Notes under the pieces: generated by a model | Told to the model about the DNA's origin: nothing | The model's input: the letters and a program-made list of their open reading frames with translations, nothing else | Database searches by the model: none | Translations under genes and position numbers: made by a program | Origin: Polyangiales bacterium | Lineage (GTDB): Bacteria > Myxococcota_A > Polyangia > Polyangiales > Houyiibacteriaceae | Direction: 5' to 3' | NCBI GenBank assembly: GCA_045106895.1 | Contig: JBGCFM010000104.1 | Location: 20,757-84,756, forward strand | DNA length: 64,000 bases | In this document: positions 40,805-50,938 of the stretch, piece after piece | How positions within the stretch are numbered: position 1 is the stretch's first letter | Layout of the letters: every line of letters begins with the position of its first letter

Positions 40805-43155
40805 TTGGCTCCCGGAAGGTTGCTCCACTCCTCTTCGACGCGCGCTTGCTCTTCCTCGGATTGAGCGTCGCGAAGGCTTGCGCCAAGCGTATTGAGGCGC
40901 GCCGCGAGAGCGACGGCGGGCCCGGCGGCGTGCGGAAAGAGCGCCTGGAGCACTTCGCACTCCAAACAGAAGCGCAGGAGCGCGCGCTCCTCGAAGCAGA
41001 TTTCGCGCACCTCCTCCGCCGGTCCGGCCTTGCCCCAGCGCTCCAGGAGGTCCACCGCGCGTTCGATACGCGTCAGGTCCACGCCCGCCAGCTCATCACG
41101 TAGTGACTCCGGCAGCGCAGCGATGGACGCGGCCATACGTTCCAGCCCAGGGCCCTCCTCGCTCTCATCGAAGGCTTGGAGCGTCGTCAGCACCTCGGCC
41201 AGGGCCACAGACATCGGCGTCCTTCCGGCCTCTTCCCGGAGCGCCCGATAGCCATCGAGGGTCGCCGGTAGAGTGGTCACGTCGGACTTCGCCGGAACGA
41301 GTGACGACGCGACCCAGCGGAGGTGCTCGTCCACAGGAACGACGGCGGCGAGCTTCATTCCTTCGAGGGCGATCATGACGCGCTCGAGTGTCTTGTGAAT
41401 CTCTCCGCGCTCGACGCCCTCCACGCGCTGGTACGCCGCGCGCAACATACCCACGACGCGACGCTTCACCACGCGAAAGCTCGGCGGGTCTTCGGGGGCC
41501 CGCGCTGAAAGAGACGAGCGCGACGAGCGCAACGCCAAGTAGCGCTCCTCCTCGTCCTGAAGGGTCGTAAGGAGCGGCCTCAGGGAACCCAACAGCTCGA
41601 TGATCTGCACGGGCCCCGAGAGCAGCTGCTTCATCTCCGATGCGACGCGCACGTCGAACTGCACCTCGTAGCGTTGACCCAGAGCGAGAATCGCAGCGTC
41701 GAAGGCCGCATCGACATCGTCGACGGAGGCTGCCGGCGCGTCCATGGCCACGATGAGCTCTCGCAACGTCACGGCCTCTTCCAGAAACCCGAGCACCTCG
41801 TCTGGAGAGTCCCCGCGCGCGAAGGCCACCGACTGTGCCAGCGTCGCGAGAAGGTGGCCACGCATCGACACCGTCGCTTCACGTACGTTCGGCTGCTCCC
41901 GCTCATAGGCGACGGTCGCGTCGTAGGCTTGCCGGATGGACGAGAGCTCTCCCGGGGCATTCAACATGGCACGAACACGTGCGACCCACTCGCGCTGCAC
42001 GCGAAGCTCTCGAGTCGAGACCGGCTCCGGCTCTGGTGCTGGTGCAAGCGCCGTCGCTTCTTCCGGTTCCGCCTCGATAGGCGGCGTTTCGCGCATAACG
42101 TCTTGGAAGACCTGAGCCTCGGCCTTCATGATGTGAAGCTGGCGTCGCTCCCGCGGCTCGCTCTCTTGAGCGAGGAGCGCGTCGATGTCTGCCAGCGGCG
42201 TCCCCGCCAACATGAGCCCTAGGCGCAACGGTCCGAGGTCCTCCCCTTGTGCGACGAGCGCACGTTCGGGTTGCGCCGTGGCGCGATCGAAGACGACGAC
42301 GGCACGCAGAATTCGACCGAGCCGGATCACTGCGCGCGTCGAGAGGTAACGGGTGCGCGCAAACGTGGGGTCGGCTCGCTCAAGCTCGTGCGTCTTCGCG
42401 TCGAAGCGCCGAGAGATGTCGACGAGGGCGGAGCTCACAGCCGCGGGGATACGAACACGTTCGACCATCTCCTGGAGCACGTCCAGGTCCTGAATCGTCA
42501 GGCGCTCGGACAAGTTCATGCCGCCGGAGAGCGCCGACTCCACGACCTGCTCCAGGTGCTCGCGGCGGGCAAAGCCACGCGGCACGAAGCTCACAAACGC
42601 GATGCGGTCAACGAACGCCAGGAGCGTGCCGCGCCCTTCCTCGAGCGCCTCCGAGAGGTATCGATTCGTGGTCATGACGGCGCACTCGATCTGCCCGCGT
42701 GTCACCTTGGTGCCCTGCTTGAGCTCGCGCTCTTCGAGCAAGTTGAGCGTCGCGCGAAGCAACATATCGCGACCATCGAGGACCTCGTCGAGGAACGCGT
42801 GAACCGCGCCGAGCATGCCCTCGTCGGTGAAGTACTCCGTACGCCCCGTGTCCGTGAGCGTACGGAAGTCGACGGAACCGATGAGGTCCGTTTGCACTGT
42901 GCTCTCCGTCAGCTGACGCGAGAACAGGCTCGGCTCGCCGGTGTTCTCACAGACAATTCGCCCGAGGAGCGACGACGTGAGCAGGCTCTTTCCTGTCCCC
43001 GGTGGCCCCGTCATCAGCACGTGCTCACGTGCGAGGAGTGCAAGCGCGAGCTGCTTCAAGACATCGTCACGCTCGACGAAGCCTGAGCGGAGCTCCGCGA
43101 AGAAACGGGAAAAACGTTCGAGGGCGACGCGCTCGCGTTCGGGTGTAAAAGTCAC
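40801..43155 (-). CDS. MoxR/RavA-like AAA+ ATPase with long helical C-terminal extension
   Basis: FVERDD...AREHVLMTGPPGTGKS (Walker A), AFLDEV (Walker B), LNLLEERE, DRIAF. Confidence 0.85.
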   Translation of the reverse strand: MTFTPERERVALERFSRFFAELRSGFVERDDVLKQLALALLAREHVLMTGPPGTGKSLLTSSLLGRIVCENTGEPSLFSRQLTESTVQTDLIGSVDFRTLTDTGRTEYFTDEGMLGAVHAFLDEVLDGRDMLLRATLNLLEERELKQGTKVTRGQIECAVMTTNRYLSEALEEGRGTLLAFVDRIAFVSFVPRGFARREHLEQVVESALSGGMNLSERLTIQDLDVLQEMVERVRIPAAVSSALVDISRRFDAKTHELERADPTFARTRYLSTRAVIRLGRILRAVVVFDRATAQPERALVAQGEDLGPLRLGLMLAGTPLADIDALLAQESEPRERRQLHIMKAEAQVFQDVMRETPPIEAEPEEATALAPAPEPEPVSTRELRVQREWVARVRAMLNAPGELSSIRQAYDATVAYEREQPNVREATVSMRGHLLATLAQSVAFARGDSPDEVLGFLEEAVTLRELIVAMDAPAASVDDVDAAFDAAILALGQRYEVQFDVRVASEMKQLLSGPVQIIELLGSLRPLLTTLQDEEERYLALRSSRSSLSARAPEDPPSFRVVKRRVVGMLRAAYQRVEGVERGEIHKTLERVMIALEGMKLAAVVPVDEHLRWVASSLVPAKSDVTTLPATLDGYRALREEAGRTPMSVALAEVLTTLQAFDESEEGPGLERMAASIAALPESLRDELAGVDLTRIERAVDLLERWGKAGPAEEVREICFEERALLRFCLECEVLQALFPHAAGPAVALAARLNTLGASLRDAQSEEEQARVEEEWSNLPGAK

Positions 43156-43250
43156 GATCCGACCCTAACGCAGATCCACCGGCGCTGTGTGTGTTCCAAA
43201 CGCCGAGGCACATCGTTGGACGCGCATCCACAGCGAGCTATTCTCCGTGC

Positions 43251-44741
43251 ATGAGCCGTGCATCTTTGCGTTTCAAATTCCTCGCTCACCTCATGTTTGG
43301 CAGCATTTTCACCCTGAGCGCTTGTGGTGAGACGACCTACAACCTCGCCATCGACCTGCGCACAGACCTCGTCGCCGGCGTCGAGTTCGACTCGGTGCGC
43401 CTCGTGGTCGATGGTGAAGCACAGACCTTCGCATTCGACCCGGACGCCTCCTACCTAGACGGGACCCGCCTTGAAGACCTTCGCTTGGAGGGCGGTGACC
43501 ACCAAATCGTCGGCGCCCTCACCCTCGCGGGCCGCACCGTCCTCGAGCGCGCCGCCACGGTCCGCATGGATACAGACCGCGCCATGACCGTGCTGCTTTC
43601 GCGAAGCTGCCGTGGCGTCGATTGCTCGTCCAGCGGAGCCGCACGGGAAGCCTGTTCCGCCGGCATGTGCGTCGACGAGCGGTGCACGCCGGAGACGCCA
43701 GAGTTCTGTCCCCTCAGCCCAGAATGCAACAACGCCACCGACTGCGCCGCCGGAATGTGCGGGTATCGGACCTGCGCCGCCGGCGTCTGTTTGCGCGGAG
43801 ATGATGGAACGTGCGGCGGCACTCAATACTGCGACCCCAGCGTGGGCTGCCTCGATCGACCTTCCCCCGCCGCCACGGACGCCGGGGTCGATGCCAGCGT
43901 TCCGGACGCCGGAACCGACGCGCCCTTCGATGCCGGAACCGACGCGCCTTTCGATGCCGGAACCGATGCGCCCTTCGATGCCGGAACCGATGCGCCCATG
44001 GATGCCGGAACCGATGCGCCCGTGGATGCCGGAACCGATGCGCCCGACGCAGACCGGGTTTGCTCAGCGATGGATGGCATCTTCGGTTGCCTCCCCGTCA
44101 CGCAATCGCTGCGCGTGGGCACGGGCTCACCCCCGAGGACGGCGCTCATCGGGAGCGGCGACTGGGTCACCAACGCGTTCACCATCGAACTGTGGGTGCG
44201 GCAGGTCACCGACTCCGGCGGCGCGCAGCTCTTCTTCGCTCGACGAACGGCGGGAATCCAAGGGGTGCTCTTCGGTTTGCTTAGCGGGCAGCTCTTCGTG
44301 CAGCTTTCCGACACGCCGAACTACCAATCCGGTACGGAATCCCTCGTACTGGGCGGAGACTGGGTTCACGTAGCCGTCACCCGGCAAGCCGACCAACTAC
44401 GCTTCTACGAAAACGGCGTCGAGGTGGGCAGCCTCGACACCGTCGTCACCCGGGACATCACGGGCGACATCGCCGGCTTCCTCGGGCGTGATTCCAACGC
44501 CCCAAACAGCGCCTTTGACGGCACCATGCATCACCTACGAGTGTGGAACCGGGCGCTGACCCAGGAAGAGATCGCCGAGGTCGCGTACAGCCCCGTCGCG
44601 CCAAGCGACCCGAGCCTCCTCGCCGAATACACCATGCAAGGTTCCGGTCAGGTGCTTCGGGACAGCACCGGGCGTCACGACGGTACTCTCGGTTCCACCG
44701 CGATGGTCGAGGAGAACGACGCGCTGCGCGAGGCACTCTAA
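43251..44741 (+). CDS. Lipoprotein with Cys-rich region, tandem repeat and LamG-like jellyroll domain
   Basis: TLSAC lipobox; FTIELWVR, WVHVAVT, FYENG, FDG...LRVWNRALTQEEI. Confidence 0.82.
   Translation: MSRASLRFKFLAHLMFGSIFTLSACGETTYNLAIDLRTDLVAGVEFDSVRLVVDGEAQTFAFDPDASYLDGTRLEDLRLEGGDHQIVGALTLAGRTVLERAATVRMDTDRAMTVLLSRSCRGVDCSSSGAAREACSAGMCVDERCTPETPEFCPLSPECNNATDCAAGMCGYRTCAAGVCLRGDDGTCGGTQYCDPSVGCLDRPSPAATDAGVDASVPDAGTDAPFDAGTDAPFDAGTDAPFDAGTDAPMDAGTDAPVDAGTDAPDADRVCSAMDGIFGCLPVTQSLRVGTGSPPRTALIGSGDWVTNAFTIELWVRQVTDSGGAQLFFARRTAGIQGVLFGLLSGQLFVQLSDTPNYQSGTESLVLGGDWVHVAVTRQADQLRFYENGVEVGSLDTVVTRDITGDIAGFLGRDSNAPNSAFDGTMHHLRVWNRALTQEEIAEVAYSPVAPSDPSLLAEYTMQGSGQVLRDSTGRHDGTLGSTAMVEENDALREAL
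43905..44045 (+). repeat. Intragenic 24-nt tandem repeat, about 6 copies (encodes DAGTDAP[FMV])
   Basis: Units GAYGCCGGAACCGAYGCGCCY+3 nt start at 43905, 43929, 43953, 43977, 44001, 44025. Confidence 0.92.
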
Positions 44742-44745
44742 CTCC

Positions 44746-45489
44746 TTAGAAGTCGCCGTAGGCTTGCTGAAGCAGCGTCAGGCCCACCATCACGGCGGTC
44801 TCGGCGCGAACGACGCGCGCGCCGAGGTTGAGAGCCAACGCGCCGCGCTCCACCAGCAACGCGCGCTCATCATCGCTCCAGCCGCCTTCGGGACCCACGG
44901 CGAAGGCAATCTTCGTCGTTCCTCGGGGACGCTCGACGCCGGCCAAGGTGCGAACCGCGTTGCTCTCATTGTCGAGGTAGAGACGCTGATCCGCTTCTGT
45001 AAAACACGCTTCCTCCACGACGGAGGCGAGGTCCACGGCCTCACGAACCTCCGGCAGGCTCGCCCTTCGGCACTGACGCGCCGCCCGCAAGACTTGCTTT
45101 GGCCAGCTGCTCGCCTTTTGATGGTCGAGGCCTTCACGTGGCACAGAACGCTCAGACAGAACGGGAATGATGCACGAGACCCCGAGCTCCGTCGCCTTCT
45201 GCATGACCACCATCATGCGTTGACGGTTGAGCACCGCGCAGAGCAGCGTGATGTGCGCCGGTGACTCGGTGGACTCTGACATCTGCTCGTAGACGCGCGC
45301 CTTCCCGCTCCCTTTCTTCACCGACGTCAGCGCGGCGCGAAAGAAGCGACCTTCGCTGTCGACGAGAGTGAACGCTTCCTTCGCCGAGATGTCCCGCGCC
45401 CGAAGTCCTCGCACCGCCGCTGCGTCGAGGGTGATGGTGGTTTCAGTCTTCAACACCGACGCGTGACGAATGGGGGCCCTGCTGCTCAT
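44746..45489 (-). CDS. rsmE: 16S rRNA m3U1498 methyltransferase
   Basis: QKATELGV, AARQCRR, VGPEGGWS, LGARVVRAETA. Confidence 0.9.
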   Translation of the reverse strand: MSSRAPIRHASVLKTETTITLDAAAVRGLRARDISAKEAFTLVDSEGRFFRAALTSVKKGSGKARVYEQMSESTESPAHITLLCAVLNRQRMMVVMQKATELGVSCIIPVLSERSVPREGLDHQKASSWPKQVLRAARQCRRASLPEVREAVDLASVVEEACFTEADQRLYLDNESNAVRTLAGVERPRGTTKIAFAVGPEGGWSDDERALLVERGALALNLGARVVRAETAVMVGLTLLQQAYGDF

Positions 45490-45612
45490 CGCCGCAGCAT
45501 AGACCGCGCTCCCAGGTTCGTCCGGGAGTAAAGAGCGAACGAATTGGAGTTTGTCGACGGAACCAGGGGAGATCGCCCTCTCCGGCGCGTACCGGGGGCA
45601 TGAGCGTTGAAA

Positions 45613-47052
45613 ATGAGTGCCCCGGACGAGTTCGAGCTTGAGCAAGCGGCCATCGAAGCCAAGCGAAACCTTGGCCTCCTATGCCTAGGAAGCGCCGCCC
45701 TGACCTTCGTCTTCGTCGCGTTCCTCGGCGAGTTCTTGCTTGCCACGCCGATGCGCTTCTCGAACTTCGAGCTCACCAAAGGACACGCCTATCTGCTCGC
45801 GCCGGTGATGGCGATGCTCGTCGCGGGCTTCCTCTACCGCCTGAAGCGTCCCGCGACACGCTCCTTTCTCGACATCGAACGCGCGAGCCTCGTGGACGCT
45901 GGCGCCGAGGGTTCCGTCGACCCGGAAGACGCGCGCCTCTTCGCCGATGCCCGCAAGCGAATGCGCGCAAAGATGAGCGCCGGCGTTGCTGCTTTGTCCA
46001 CGCTGCTCTTCGGATATCTCGCCGTGCAGGCCTACTACGACTACCGGAACGAGCTGCCCACGGACGCGTACGCTCCTCGGCTGCGTCTGCAGATCGGCGA
46101 GAGCGCCGCGATCCTTCTCGTCGCCCTACTTCTCGCTTTTGCCCTCTACCGCGCCCTCGCGCCGGCGCTCGCCAAAGAGAACGCAGAGCGCGCGCACCTT
46201 GATGACGACACGAAGGACCTCTACGCCGGCGTCGTCCGCGGAAGCCGCAAAGCGAAGCTTGCGATGCTCGTCGGCGTCGGGGTCGGTCTTGGCGCCGCCG
46301 TCCTCGCCTTCAACCTGCTGATCTGGCAGCTGGAGCCTCAGAGCATCATGGATCTTCGCTTGCTGATGGGCACCGTGATGGCCGGAGTCCTCGTCGGCGG
46401 TGCCGCACGAAAAGCGCTCCTTCCAGACTCTATGCGCGACGAAGAAGCCCTCGACCTCGCGGCGCTCCCAGCCGGCACCCCCGCGCGCCTCGTCGCTTCG
46501 ATGCAGACAGGCTTCACCCTCGCCCGCCAGCCTTCCATTCTCGACACTCTCGGCCTCGAGTCACGTCAGCCCGCACGCTACGAGCTTCTTTCTGGTGACT
46601 CCATCGAGGGCATCGTCGCCGAGGAACAAGGCCGCGTCGGCGCCGCGCTCCTCGGAGGCGAACGCGCCATGTCCCTTATCGTTAGCGACATCGAAGCGCG
46701 TTGCCTCACCATCCAGAAGCCGGTCTTTGGCAGCCAGCTCCTCGTACAAGACGCCGACAGCAAGAGCATCGCCCGCGTCCGGCGCTCCCGCGTGCCCTTC
46801 GTGAAGACCCTTGTCGTGGAAGCACTCGGCGGAAACCCGGGCGCCGCGCCCGGCCCCGTTCGGTTGTCGAAGAGGTGGTTTTCCAAGCACTACGTTGCCC
46901 GCCGCGACGGTGGTGACATCGCCGACGTACGAGTCGTCATCGAGAAGAACGCAGGCGACCTTCCCGTGCGAAAGCTGCACGTCCGCATGGCAGAGGGACG
47001 TGACGAAGCGCTCTGGTTGCTCGCCGGCGTCCTCGCGATGGACCTGACCTAG
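45613..47052 (+). CDS. Multi-TM membrane protein with C-terminal scramblase/LURP-one-like beta domain
   Basis: About 6 hydrophobic helices, then a beta-rich domain ending ALWLLAGVLAMDL. Confidence 0.55.
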   Translation: MSAPDEFELEQAAIEAKRNLGLLCLGSAALTFVFVAFLGEFLLATPMRFSNFELTKGHAYLLAPVMAMLVAGFLYRLKRPATRSFLDIERASLVDAGAEGSVDPEDARLFADARKRMRAKMSAGVAALSTLLFGYLAVQAYYDYRNELPTDAYAPRLRLQIGESAAILLVALLLAFALYRALAPALAKENAERAHLDDDTKDLYAGVVRGSRKAKLAMLVGVGVGLGAAVLAFNLLIWQLEPQSIMDLRLLMGTVMAGVLVGGAARKALLPDSMRDEEALDLAALPAGTPARLVASMQTGFTLARQPSILDTLGLESRQPARYELLSGDSIEGIVAEEQGRVGAALLGGERAMSLIVSDIEARCLTIQKPVFGSQLLVQDADSKSIARVRRSRVPFVKTLVVEALGGNPGAAPGPVRLSKRWFSKHYVARRDGGDIADVRVVIEKNAGDLPVRKLHVRMAEGRDEALWLLAGVLAMDLT

Positions 47053-47074
47053 CGCCTAGATTCGTGGAATCGCT

Positions 47075-48649
47075 TCAGGCGCCGATGCCGTTGATGTACT
47101 CCTCGACGTTTGTGTAGCCGTCCCCGTCCAAGTCGCCGGCGCCGTCCGAGGGGTCCGATGAATCGAGCCCCGCCTCGTCTTCCCACGCATCGGGCATGCC
47201 GTCCCCGTCGGTGTCGAGGGGCACGTCGCCGCTCTGCAGGTCAGGAAACACCACCTGCTCCGGCGTCACGGGGATGCGGCCGATATCGTCGGCGATGTCC
47301 GCGATGACCCGCGCGTCGGCGGCATCGCGGCGCGGCAAAGACGCGCCGACATCCGCGAGCAGCTCGCCCTCGAGATCCAGCGCCGCGACCAGCTCCACTC
47401 CGGCCAAAGGCGTAGGACGCGCGGCATCGAGGAAGAAGCTCGCAGGCGCGAGTGGTGCATCGGCGGCGCCGCCGAGAGAAACGAGTTCCGTCTCCGGCGT
47501 CTCGAGGTCGAGTCGGAAGGGTCCAATATTCCCGTCGACGAAGACCCGCGCCGGGAGCGCCATCTGAATCGGCCGGCGGAACGAAGTGCTCGGCCCGTTC
47601 TTCCAGTGGTTGTTGAGCATGTTCACGTAAATCACGCCCGGCGGAGGCGCATCGAAGGGTGCGCCGAGGGAGGCCGGGAACTTGCCCCAGTTGAAGAAGA
47701 GGTTGTTGACCACCTCGTGCTCGGCGTCTTGGGGACACAGCTCGCAGTGAATCCGTGGATTGCGCTGGTAGTTGTGGACGAAGTAGTTGCGGTAGAGCGT
47801 CGTCCGGGTCGCGTCGCCGGAGATGAGAATGCCGCGGCTCGCGCTGTTCCCAAGCCCCTCCGCCACGATGGAATCCTGAATCGTAATATTCGTGGTGTTC
47901 GTCTCCTCGTCGTAGTCCACGATGCTGACGTTCTCGTCCGTTCCCCAGCTGATGGAGCAGTGGTCGACGATGATGTTGTTGCCCGCGAGGATCTGAAGGT
48001 TGTCGACGCGGTTTGAGTTCGGCGCGATGCCGCCGGTGCGAAGGCGCAGGTGGCGCAGGATGACCTCGTCAGCGGTGATAACCACCAAAGAATAGCCCGA
48101 TGAGAGGTCGTGGCGTAGCGCGATACCGTCCCCCGGGGCCGTCTGTCCGGCGATGGTGAGGTGGGGGTTTCGAATGGCGAGTGACGAGCTCAGGAGAATG
48201 GTCCCGCCGACCTCGAAGACCACGATGCGTGGCCCCTCCGCCTCCACCGCTTCCCGGAGTGATCCCGGTCCGCTGTCGTTCAAGTTCGTCACCTTGATGA
48301 CGCGACCACCGCGGCCCCCCTCTGTGAACTTGCCGAAGCCCTCGGCACCCGGAAACGCGCGGAGCTCTTCCGTGGGCACCGTGGCGTCGGCGGAGGCGTC
48401 CACCGCGCCTGCATCGGACATAGGTGTCTGCGCGTCCGCCAGGCCCCCGTCGACGCTCGAGTCCATCGGCATCGCGCCGCAGACGCAGGGGTCGAAACCC
48501 ATACCGTCTTCGTTGCACATCTGACCCCCGCTGCAGCCTCCAGCGCCGATGCACGCTTGCGTCGCGCCTGGGAAACACGACTCCGGGTCCGGGTCGCCGC
48601 AGGAAGCCACGAAAAGACAGAAGAAGAAGCGGAGCGCGCGCGTTGCCAT
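47075..48649 (-). CDS. Pectate lyase-like (PL1-type) lipoprotein
   Basis: AFPGAEGFG, GGRGGRVIKVTNLNDSGPGSLR, TIAGQTAPG, VDHCSISWGTDE, RNPR, DTDGDGMPDAWE. Confidence 0.9.
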   Translation of the reverse strand: MATRALRFFFCLFVASCGDPDPESCFPGATQACIGAGGCSGGQMCNEDGMGFDPCVCGAMPMDSSVDGGLADAQTPMSDAGAVDASADATVPTEELRAFPGAEGFGKFTEGGRGGRVIKVTNLNDSGPGSLREAVEAEGPRIVVFEVGGTILLSSSLAIRNPHLTIAGQTAPGDGIALRHDLSSGYSLVVITADEVILRHLRLRTGGIAPNSNRVDNLQILAGNNIIVDHCSISWGTDENVSIVDYDEETNTTNITIQDSIVAEGLGNSASRGILISGDATRTTLYRNYFVHNYQRNPRIHCELCPQDAEHEVVNNLFFNWGKFPASLGAPFDAPPPGVIYVNMLNNHWKNGPSTSFRRPIQMALPARVFVDGNIGPFRLDLETPETELVSLGGAADAPLAPASFFLDAARPTPLAGVELVAALDLEGELLADVGASLPRRDAADARVIADIADDIGRIPVTPEQVVFPDLQSGDVPLDTDGDGMPDAWEDEAGLDSSDPSDGAGDLDGDGYTNVEEYINGIGA

Positions 48650-48747
48650 GCCCCAACCTACGCGAGCGGCTGAGCAGGAGGCCACAACGGGCGTGGCGCG
48701 AGTCGCAGCGAGTCTCCTTTGCGCCCTTTTCCTGGTACCGTCTTCGA

Positions 48748-49746
48748 ATGCCCATCGTCCCCATCGACGGCTTCGAAGCTCTCCGTAAAGCCGCCGCGAC
48801 AAACGCCACAGACACGTTCTCACTCCACCTCAGCGCCGCCGACGAGGCTCCCTGGCGCGCCCTCATCGAGAGCGACGTACTCCCTCGCGTGGTCGCCCTC
48901 GCATCATCCGGCAACTCCGCCTCCGGCGAGCCACTCCCCCGCGAGCTCTTCGAATCCCTCGCCAAGTGCCCCGGCTTATCGAACCTTCAGCAGCTCGCCT
49001 TTGGCCCCGCGGTGAACGCGGACGCCCTCGCGGCCTTCGCCGAGAGCCCTCATCTAAGCAGCCTCATCGCGCTGCACCTTCGCCAGGTCCCCGTGAAGCT
49101 TGAGTCTGTATTGGCGCTTCTCGGGGCGTTCCGCGGACAGCTCACTTGGCTGCGCCTCGAAGGTCTCAAGCTTAGCCCGGCGCTCACGCGCGCGTTCACC
49201 GCCGCCTGGCCTCTCCTCGAGTCGCTTCAGCTCGTGGCGATACCTCTCGGAGACGAAGGAGCAGAGACGCTCGCGGGTGCGTCGATGCCCGCGCTCACAG
49301 ATCTCGACCTGAGCGCAGCATCCATCACCGCGTCGGGCGCCGTACAGCTGGCGGGCACCTCCTTTCTGGACAAGGTCGAGAGCCTCACAATGAGCCGTAA
49401 CCCCATCGGCCCCCAAGGAGCCCAGGCCATCGCTAAAAGCCCTCACACGCGAAGGCTAAAACATGCCTGGTTCGCCGGCTGCAGAGTCAAAGATGAGGGC
49501 GCGAGAGCCATCGCTTCATCGGGCTGGAAGCTCGAGACATTGGATGTCTCGGGGTGCTTTCTCTTCAACGGCGCGGCACTCGCCTCGGCGGATTTCCTCG
49601 GCGAGCTCACGGCCTTCAACATCGCCGACAACTGCTCCGTCTTTCAGGATCCGCGCAGCATCCAGGCGCTCCTCGACTCGAAGCTCGCGCAGCAGTTCAA
49701 GGACGACATTCGCTCCTTGCGTGAGGCGGAGAAGGACAGCTACTGA
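48748..49746 (+). CDS. Leucine-rich repeat protein (RI-like)
   Basis: Repeats such as LTDLDLSAASITASGAVQLA, LTMSRNPIGPQGAQAIA, VKDEGARAIA. Confidence 0.8.
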   Translation: MPIVPIDGFEALRKAAATNATDTFSLHLSAADEAPWRALIESDVLPRVVALASSGNSASGEPLPRELFESLAKCPGLSNLQQLAFGPAVNADALAAFAESPHLSSLIALHLRQVPVKLESVLALLGAFRGQLTWLRLEGLKLSPALTRAFTAAWPLLESLQLVAIPLGDEGAETLAGASMPALTDLDLSAASITASGAVQLAGTSFLDKVESLTMSRNPIGPQGAQAIAKSPHTRRLKHAWFAGCRVKDEGARAIASSGWKLETLDVSGCFLFNGAALASADFLGELTAFNIADNCSVFQDPRSIQALLDSKLAQQFKDDIRSLREAEKDSY

Positions 49747-49752
49747 GGGCGC

Positions 49753-50037
49753 CTACTCGAAGGCCGGCGCATGCGCGCAGCACTCGCGCGTACGTCGCTC
49801 GAACTCTTCGTCCGTCTCCGGCTGATAGTCCGGAAGGAGACACATCTCATTCCAGCTCGGTCCCGGCGGCGGCATCGGCGGCGGGTCCTGCCCTTCTTCA
49901 AGCTGCACGTGATGCACCGGCCGTGGCGGCGGCGCGTCGCAGGGAAGTGTCCGGCCGCTCTGCGCCCCACCACACCCAAACGCTGCAGCGCCGAGAACCA
50001 CGAACACAGGAACCGAAGGACGCGGGGTGAGAGCCAT
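49753..50037 (-). CDS. Small putative lipoprotein
   Basis: VFVVLGAAAFGC lipobox; Pro/Cys-rich. Confidence 0.5.
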   Translation of the reverse strand: MALTPRPSVPVFVVLGAAAFGCGGAQSGRTLPCDAPPPRPVHHVQLEEGQDPPPMPPPGPSWNEMCLLPDYQPETDEEFERRTRECCAHAPAFE

Positions 50038-50136
50038 ACGTAGGTTCGTATCATATCCCCCCGGCGTGTGCCCCACTGAGAACGGGCGGTCGGGATCCGA
50101 AGTCCGTTCCGAGTTCCCAACGGCGAGGACCCGCGT

Positions 50137-50496
50137 TCAATAAGTCAGAGGCGAACAGGTGATCGGCAAGAAGTCATCCGCGACGACGCCGCAGCTCCCG
50201 CCTCGGCACACCACCACCGCGACGTCGCCGCGGGCAAACGCCGGGCAGGACGCCACGAAGAGCGCGCCTTCCCTCGCGAGCCGAAGTTGATCGTCCTTCG
50301 TAAGTCTTGCATCCATCACGCCCCGCGCATTCGTAGGTCGCTCGCGGATCTACGCGGGCGTGACCTGAAAGATCTCCCACGCACACTCGATGTCTTGCGC
50401 AGCCAAATGAGCGGTGGCCGCAGCGCGAGCGTACGATTGGGCATTCGCGCCGCAACCTCCGAACACCCAGAGCACGAAGATCGTCCAGTTTCGCAC
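50137..50496 (-). pseudogene. Lipoprotein gene interrupted by an in-frame TAG
   Basis: GTG 50496: MRNWTIFVLWVFGGC...QVTPA, TAG at 50350-50352, then IRERPT...SPLTY and TGA; both halves are in one frame. Confidence 0.55.
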
Positions 50497-50581
50497 CAGT
50501 CGTGACTACCACGGCGAATGGTTCCTCGCCGCACGGCTACCGAGTCCGACGGTCAAACGATGTCCGCGCTCCGGAGAGATT

Positions 50582-50628
50582 TGGCACCCCAAGGTGGACT
50601 CGAACCACCGACCACCGGCTTAGAAGGC
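50582..50628 (-). repeat. att-site: 47-bp exact duplication of the tRNA-Arg 3' part
   Basis: TGGCACCCCAAGGTGGACTCGAACCACCGACCACCGGCTTAGAAGGC, identical to 53444-53490. Confidence 0.95.
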
Positions 50629-50938
50629 AAATGGCCTGGCGAATAATTTCGGGGACTTAGATGCGCTCGTGACCAACCGTGTCCGTCGGAATTACCTAAT
50701 GACCCGGAGACGAACAGCAAGCACCCGGCACGTTCGGCTTGGTCGCATCCGTTATCCGTCTTTGAGCTTCGATGAACACGCTAGACCGCGAACCTCCATT
50801 GCTAACGAACACGGCTCTCAACGATGCAACTCTCATCGCGGGAGCGAAGGTGAGGTCGCGAAGTCGTCGCGTGTCCGTGAGTCCACGACGAGTACTTCTC
50901 GTTTACAATGGCGAAGGGTATGAGCACACTTTTGGCGT

